The position numbers and the translations under genes were made by a program. A stretch of 64,000 nucleotides of DNA from Heteronotia binoei (lineage: Eukaryota), in NCBI RefSeq assembly GCF_032191835.1, contig NC_083232.1:69750001-69814000 (forward strand), in the 5' to 3' direction. This document shows, in pieces, positions 59,261-64,000 of this stretch (the first letter of the stretch is position 1; every line of letters begins with the position of its first letter). A model generated the notes under the pieces. That model did no database searches and was not told the origin of the DNA. It saw nothing but the letters and a program-made list of their open reading frames with translations.

Positions 59261-62143
59261 CTTGATACTGAAATGTAGCAGAATAGTCTGTCCTTGTCAG
59301 AGTCTGGTTGGAAGAAAGCAAAGCGAAAATCAGCACTCAGTATATAAGAATATTAGGTGTAGTAAATCTTAATAAGCTGGCTGCTGCTTTTGAATCAAGA
59401 ACCAAAAAGGTTAATAGAATACAAAATAAGGGGCCCAATATTAATTTCAAAAAGCATAAAGCATCAATATATAAAAATACAAATTATATAAAAATGCATG
59501 TATTATGAATTGGTTTAAAAACAGTTATAGGCCTAAATGTAACCTCAATAAGAATACAAATCATTGTTTCCAAATTAGGATCTTATGCAACCCTTCAACA
59601 GCAATTAAATGAATGGCTTACATATACTGTAACAAAATTAATCTACACGTTTGTTGATGAATACAGTAGCTGCAGCCTCTATCTCTAGCCCCAGAGGATC
59701 TTTTGTTCTGGCTTAGACTGAGTCATCCCACTGCCTTCCTAGACACCCATTGCTTTAGCTTATTCGTTGGTTGACCTTCAGACGTTGTTGTCCCAGAAAA
59801 GGCATCCCAGGGAGGGGAGAAAACCTGGCAGTTGCCTAACTTTTAACCCTCAAAGTTGAATTTTGAAATCCCCTGCCATTCCATTGAGCTTAGTGTGTGA
59901 TGTGTGCAAGGCCACCAGGAGTGTGTCAAGGGCATTGATTGCATGGTGCTGGCGAGGTCATGTGATTGCTGCCCAGGCCCCTGTTATTTTGCAGAACCCT
60001 TTTCAGTCTGTTGATTGGTTGCTCTATGTGGTCCTTCTGTCCAGTGCACACTTTTCCAGCTGAAAAGTAAACCAAACAGCTGGCTTTCTTTCCTCCCCCC
60101 TCCACCCCAACCAACAGGAAGAGAGCAGCAGAGATGGTGTTATCTCAAGCAAGCAGAAACTGAAGCAACTAGGTGGAGGTGAATTGTGGATGAGGGAGGT
60201 TTCACCACAAGGCTCTAATGGTGCTGCAGAACTTTCTGTCCAGCTGGTAGCATTGTCAACTATAGGATGGGAAATTCCTGGGAATTTTTTGGGAGGGAAA
60301 GCCTGGGAAGAGAGCTCAGCAAGTTGCAAAGTCATAGAGCCCACTGTCCAGGGGAACTAATTGTCTGACAATCATTTGACATTCTGGTGTTGCCAACCTC
60401 CAGGTGGTGGCTGGAGATCTCCTGCTATTACAATTGATCTTCAGGCAATAGAAATCAGTTCACTAGCAGAAAATGGCTGCTTTGAAAGCTGGATACCCCA
60501 AACTCTCCTCTCCCCTGGTTTGATCTCCAGGTTATTACACAAGTGAAAAATATCTGAATCGGAACACATTTCATATGGTGAAACAAAGGCCCGATTCAGA
60601 GAGTTATGTTTTTGAAGGCATAGCAGACATACCTTTTTCACAGGATTTACTCAGAGATGTCAAACTCATTTGTTATGAGGGCCAGATCTGACATAAGGGA
60701 GACCTTACTGGGCCAGACCATATGTGTCATAAAGTGTAATGCCAAGTTGCAGAGATGTAAACCTTATAGGCACAGACAAACACAACTAAAGGTTGTTTTT
60801 TAAAAAATACTTAAAATAAAACATGCTTAAAACAGTACCATGTTTGCAATATTTTGTTTAACAGTTTCTGATAACTGACCCCTCTTGCTCTGAATTATTG
60901 CACCAAAATCTGGAGACAATGTCTGTGCTGTAGCAATCTTGACTATGCTGTTAAAGTGTGTATCTGTAAGTTGAAAATCTACTTATAATTTCTTGAAATG
61001 GCTGGGCATTGTGAGCTTTTGTTACATAAGTGCTGGTCAAGAACAGGTGAAGGCACCATAGACTGAGGAGTATGATTTCATCTATAAAACTTCAATCTTT
61101 CCCAGAAAAATAACTGCAACTGCTATAAGGCAGTGCAGGTATAGAAAGACAGTTAGTATAGTGGTCACTATCAGCCTACTATCTGGGAAGCCTGGATTCA
61201 AAATCTGCAGTCTACACAGGAAATGTGCTGGACACACACTTTTAGCCTAATCTGCTTCACTATGGATTGTGATTATTTCTCATCTAAATTGTTCCCATTG
61301 CGAAAGACTGGATCAGGACATGAATACAGTGAAAAGCAGGAGGGAACCCAGTTGCACCCAGGAGAGCCCTGACAAAAGGAGCTTAACAACACAGAGAGAG
61401 AGAGAACAGCAAGGCAAAAAGCTCATACCTTGAATAAACTGTGCTAAAGCTCCTAGGGGTGTTTTTTCCATTCTCCAGTGGAATTAAGGCAACTGAGCAA
61501 AGCACCCTCTGCTCTTTCCCTTCCCTTTTTCCCAAGGAAGGAGGCCTCAGCCAATGAAGGGGCTTGCCTCTGTAGCTCTGCTGTTTGATTAAGAGACCCA
61601 GGCTGTATCAGTTGCAAAGCAGAGCTACAGAGCCAAGCCCATCCATTGGCTGAGGCTCCTCCTCCCTTGAGGAAAAGGGAGGGGGAAGAAGGAAAGGGTC
61701 AGAGGCTGCTTGGCTTGGCTGCATCGCAGGGGAAAGCACAAAAATGGCAACTAAGGAAAGCAGACAAGAAACACAGAAATGATGACCAAAGGAAGCAGGG
61801 GAGGAAGAAAAATGCAGACAAGGGCCATTTTCTGGCAGGCCTGATTGGAGCCCTCTGGGGGCCGGATTAGGCCCATGGGCCACATGTTTGACACTTCTGG
61901 TCTACATGAATTAATTGCTTATCTAAATACAAACCTGCTTGCTGGCAACTGTGGAGATGCTTGAGTGTGTTTTATTTCTATTCTGGCTATATTGAATGGA
62001 TATTGTATGCTGTTTTCAGGCCCAGCAAGGTGCAGGACCATCACGCATTGTGCTCAAAATCAGTACCCCACTTGACTTTCTGCCACACTTCTGTCACTTT
62101 CCAAAGATGAATGTGAAACAAACGGTATCTTGCTGTCATCATC

Positions 62144-62359
62144 ATGGAAGGTCAGCTGATTGGTAATGTGGAGAGTCTGTCCCAAGCCTCTTCAGGATCC
62201 GACCCACCATCCTTTGTCACCTTGCTGAAAGTGCACAGAGAGCTGCTGGTCAGCAGAATCCATAACACCCAGTGTCTGATTGACAACTTGATTAAGAATG
62301 AATATTTCTCAACTGAAGATGCAGAGATTGCTGCCCAGTATCCTACACAAGCGGACAAG
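62144..62359 (+). CDS. NOD1: NOD1 first coding exon (N-terminal CARD); exon begins 62020; gene continues beyond the window
   Basis: MEGQLIGNVESLSQASSGSDPPSFVTLLKVHRELLVSRIHNTQCLIDNLIKNEYFSTEDAEIAAQYPTQADK|gtatta matches human QLLKSNRELLVTHIRNTQCLVDNLLKNDYFSAEDAEIVCACPTQPDK. GGCT-NOD1 adjacency agrees with human synteny. Confidence 0.96.
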
Positions 62360-64000
62360 GTATTAGCTCTTGTTTCTGTTTTCTGTTTTACACCCAGAGC
62401 ATATTCATTCAAAGTGTGACTGCTAATCTAATGGGAGCTGCCTGTTCCCATTGATCAGTTGCTGTTGCTACTGCCTTCATTGAATGACTTTCATTCAGCT
62501 GCTGGTTTATATGTTGGAAGAGCATGAATAATCAGAAATATCACTAAAATCAGGAGGCAAGAAGAGACTCCTTTTAAAAAATGGAATAACTCTGCACCTA
62601 AATTATCCACATGAATATCTCAGATTAGATGTGCTCCAGTCTTTCTCAGGGAAAGGCCTATGTTTGGAAAGCAGATCAGAACAGAACTCTGGAATATTCT
62701 TACATGACTTCACAGGAAAGTATTTTTCTTGGGGAATGTGGGAATTTAGATATAGACTAGAGGTTTCTGCAGACACAAGGTTTTCTGCTCACGGAGAGTG
62801 ATTTTCCTACCTCCCACTTCCCACAGAATTCTGAACCCCCCCATATCCTGTTCTTTGAGGAGAGGAACCCACAGGTAGAAGATTGGAGGGGAATTTCAGG
62901 CTGCCATTGGAGGGAGGAGGTGGGGAAATGGTGCTCCGTGAGTAGAAATCCTTGTTCCTACAGAAATGTTAGTGTGGATCCAATCCGGGGTGCATGACAG
63001 TGCCTATTAGAGAGGAAGCATTGGCTACTAGAATAGTGCTTCATAAATTTTGTCTGCACATTGTCTCTGCTCCTCTGGGTACCACTGATAGCAAAATTCT
63101 CAGTGTTGTTTCTCAGGTTGTATATATTTGAAGAGGCAGAGAGAATGAGTGTTCATTGCAGCATTTCAAGGTAATAATTGTTTCCTTCATCTGTCAGTAA
63201 CTCCATGCACACTGTGGCTGCCTGGAACAGTAGATGCTTTCTGTCTTTTCACAAGGCACAGGTCTCTCGATTTCCTGCCTCGAGAGTTAATTCTTTCACA
63301 GACTGAAATGGGTGCCTCTTGGGCTGTTTCTTCAGTTAATAATTACTACTTCACAACCGTCTCTGACTGATTTGCTTGATGAACCAGTTCTTCAGCATTT
63401 GAAGTGTCTGTGCTCCTCTCTGTGGTCAGTCAAGATGTTTATGTGTTCAGGAATTCTTCATGGTTCAGATTCCCTGACTTCCCAATGACTGTTATTGTTC
63501 TGTGGAAATGTATTTATATTTTTTGACAGCAAATCTGAGAGTTCAAAAGAGAACAGCCCATTTCTCTGTGGGCTTTAAAGAAAGTGTGGATTTTTTGCTG
63601 ATGTGTTAAATGTATTATTTTGCACATTGCCATATATTGTAGGCAGGTATTGTATATGTTAAGCCACCACTTGCTGGAAAGGGCGGGATATAAATATAAA
63701 AATTAATTTAAATTAAAATTAAATTAAGGGCTATGGTGCCCATTATTAGATTCAAGTTAGATATTTGTAAAACTGCATGGGTTGAGGTCAAACATTTGGT
63801 CCAGAACCATGTCTGCATCCACATATCATTGGATACTATATTCTCATTGTGCTATAGCAATCATTCATGACTGGAGTTGCTTGTCCACACTGGATAATAC
63901 AGCTGCAAATGATGACTACACCACAAGGATAGACACAATATGCAACAATATGTGGATGGCCCATGTCAGATCCTTGTTACATGCTTAGAGGTGAAAGAAA

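Overview
Vertebrate genomic DNA, most likely a gecko-type squamate, judged from Squam3, Sauria and 5S-derived SINEs, BovB, L2, CR1, hAT MITEs and Penelope elements. Three protein-coding genes are recognisable. ENTPD3 is on the minus strand: its CpG-island non-coding exon 1, its 40-nt first coding exon MFTALSRQPCEQT, and the first bases of the next exon. GGCT is complete on the plus strand (4 coding exons, 198 aa). NOD1 is represented by its 5' end on the plus strand (CpG promoter and the first CARD-coding exon). The ~33 kb between ENTPD3 and GGCT is almost entirely nested transposon debris. The most notable non-genic signal is a family of Penelope-like retroelement termini carrying minimal type I hammerhead ribozymes. 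Two copies have intact cores (29477-29514 minus, 36704-36741 plus), several are broken, and they occur as solo, tandem and inverted pieces. A decayed hammerhead of a second family lies at ~23571. One Penelope copy (~24140-30393) is split by a stack of insertions several layers deep, including a hAT element with a perfect 8-bp TSD. All family assignments come from recalled consensus sequences, not database searches.
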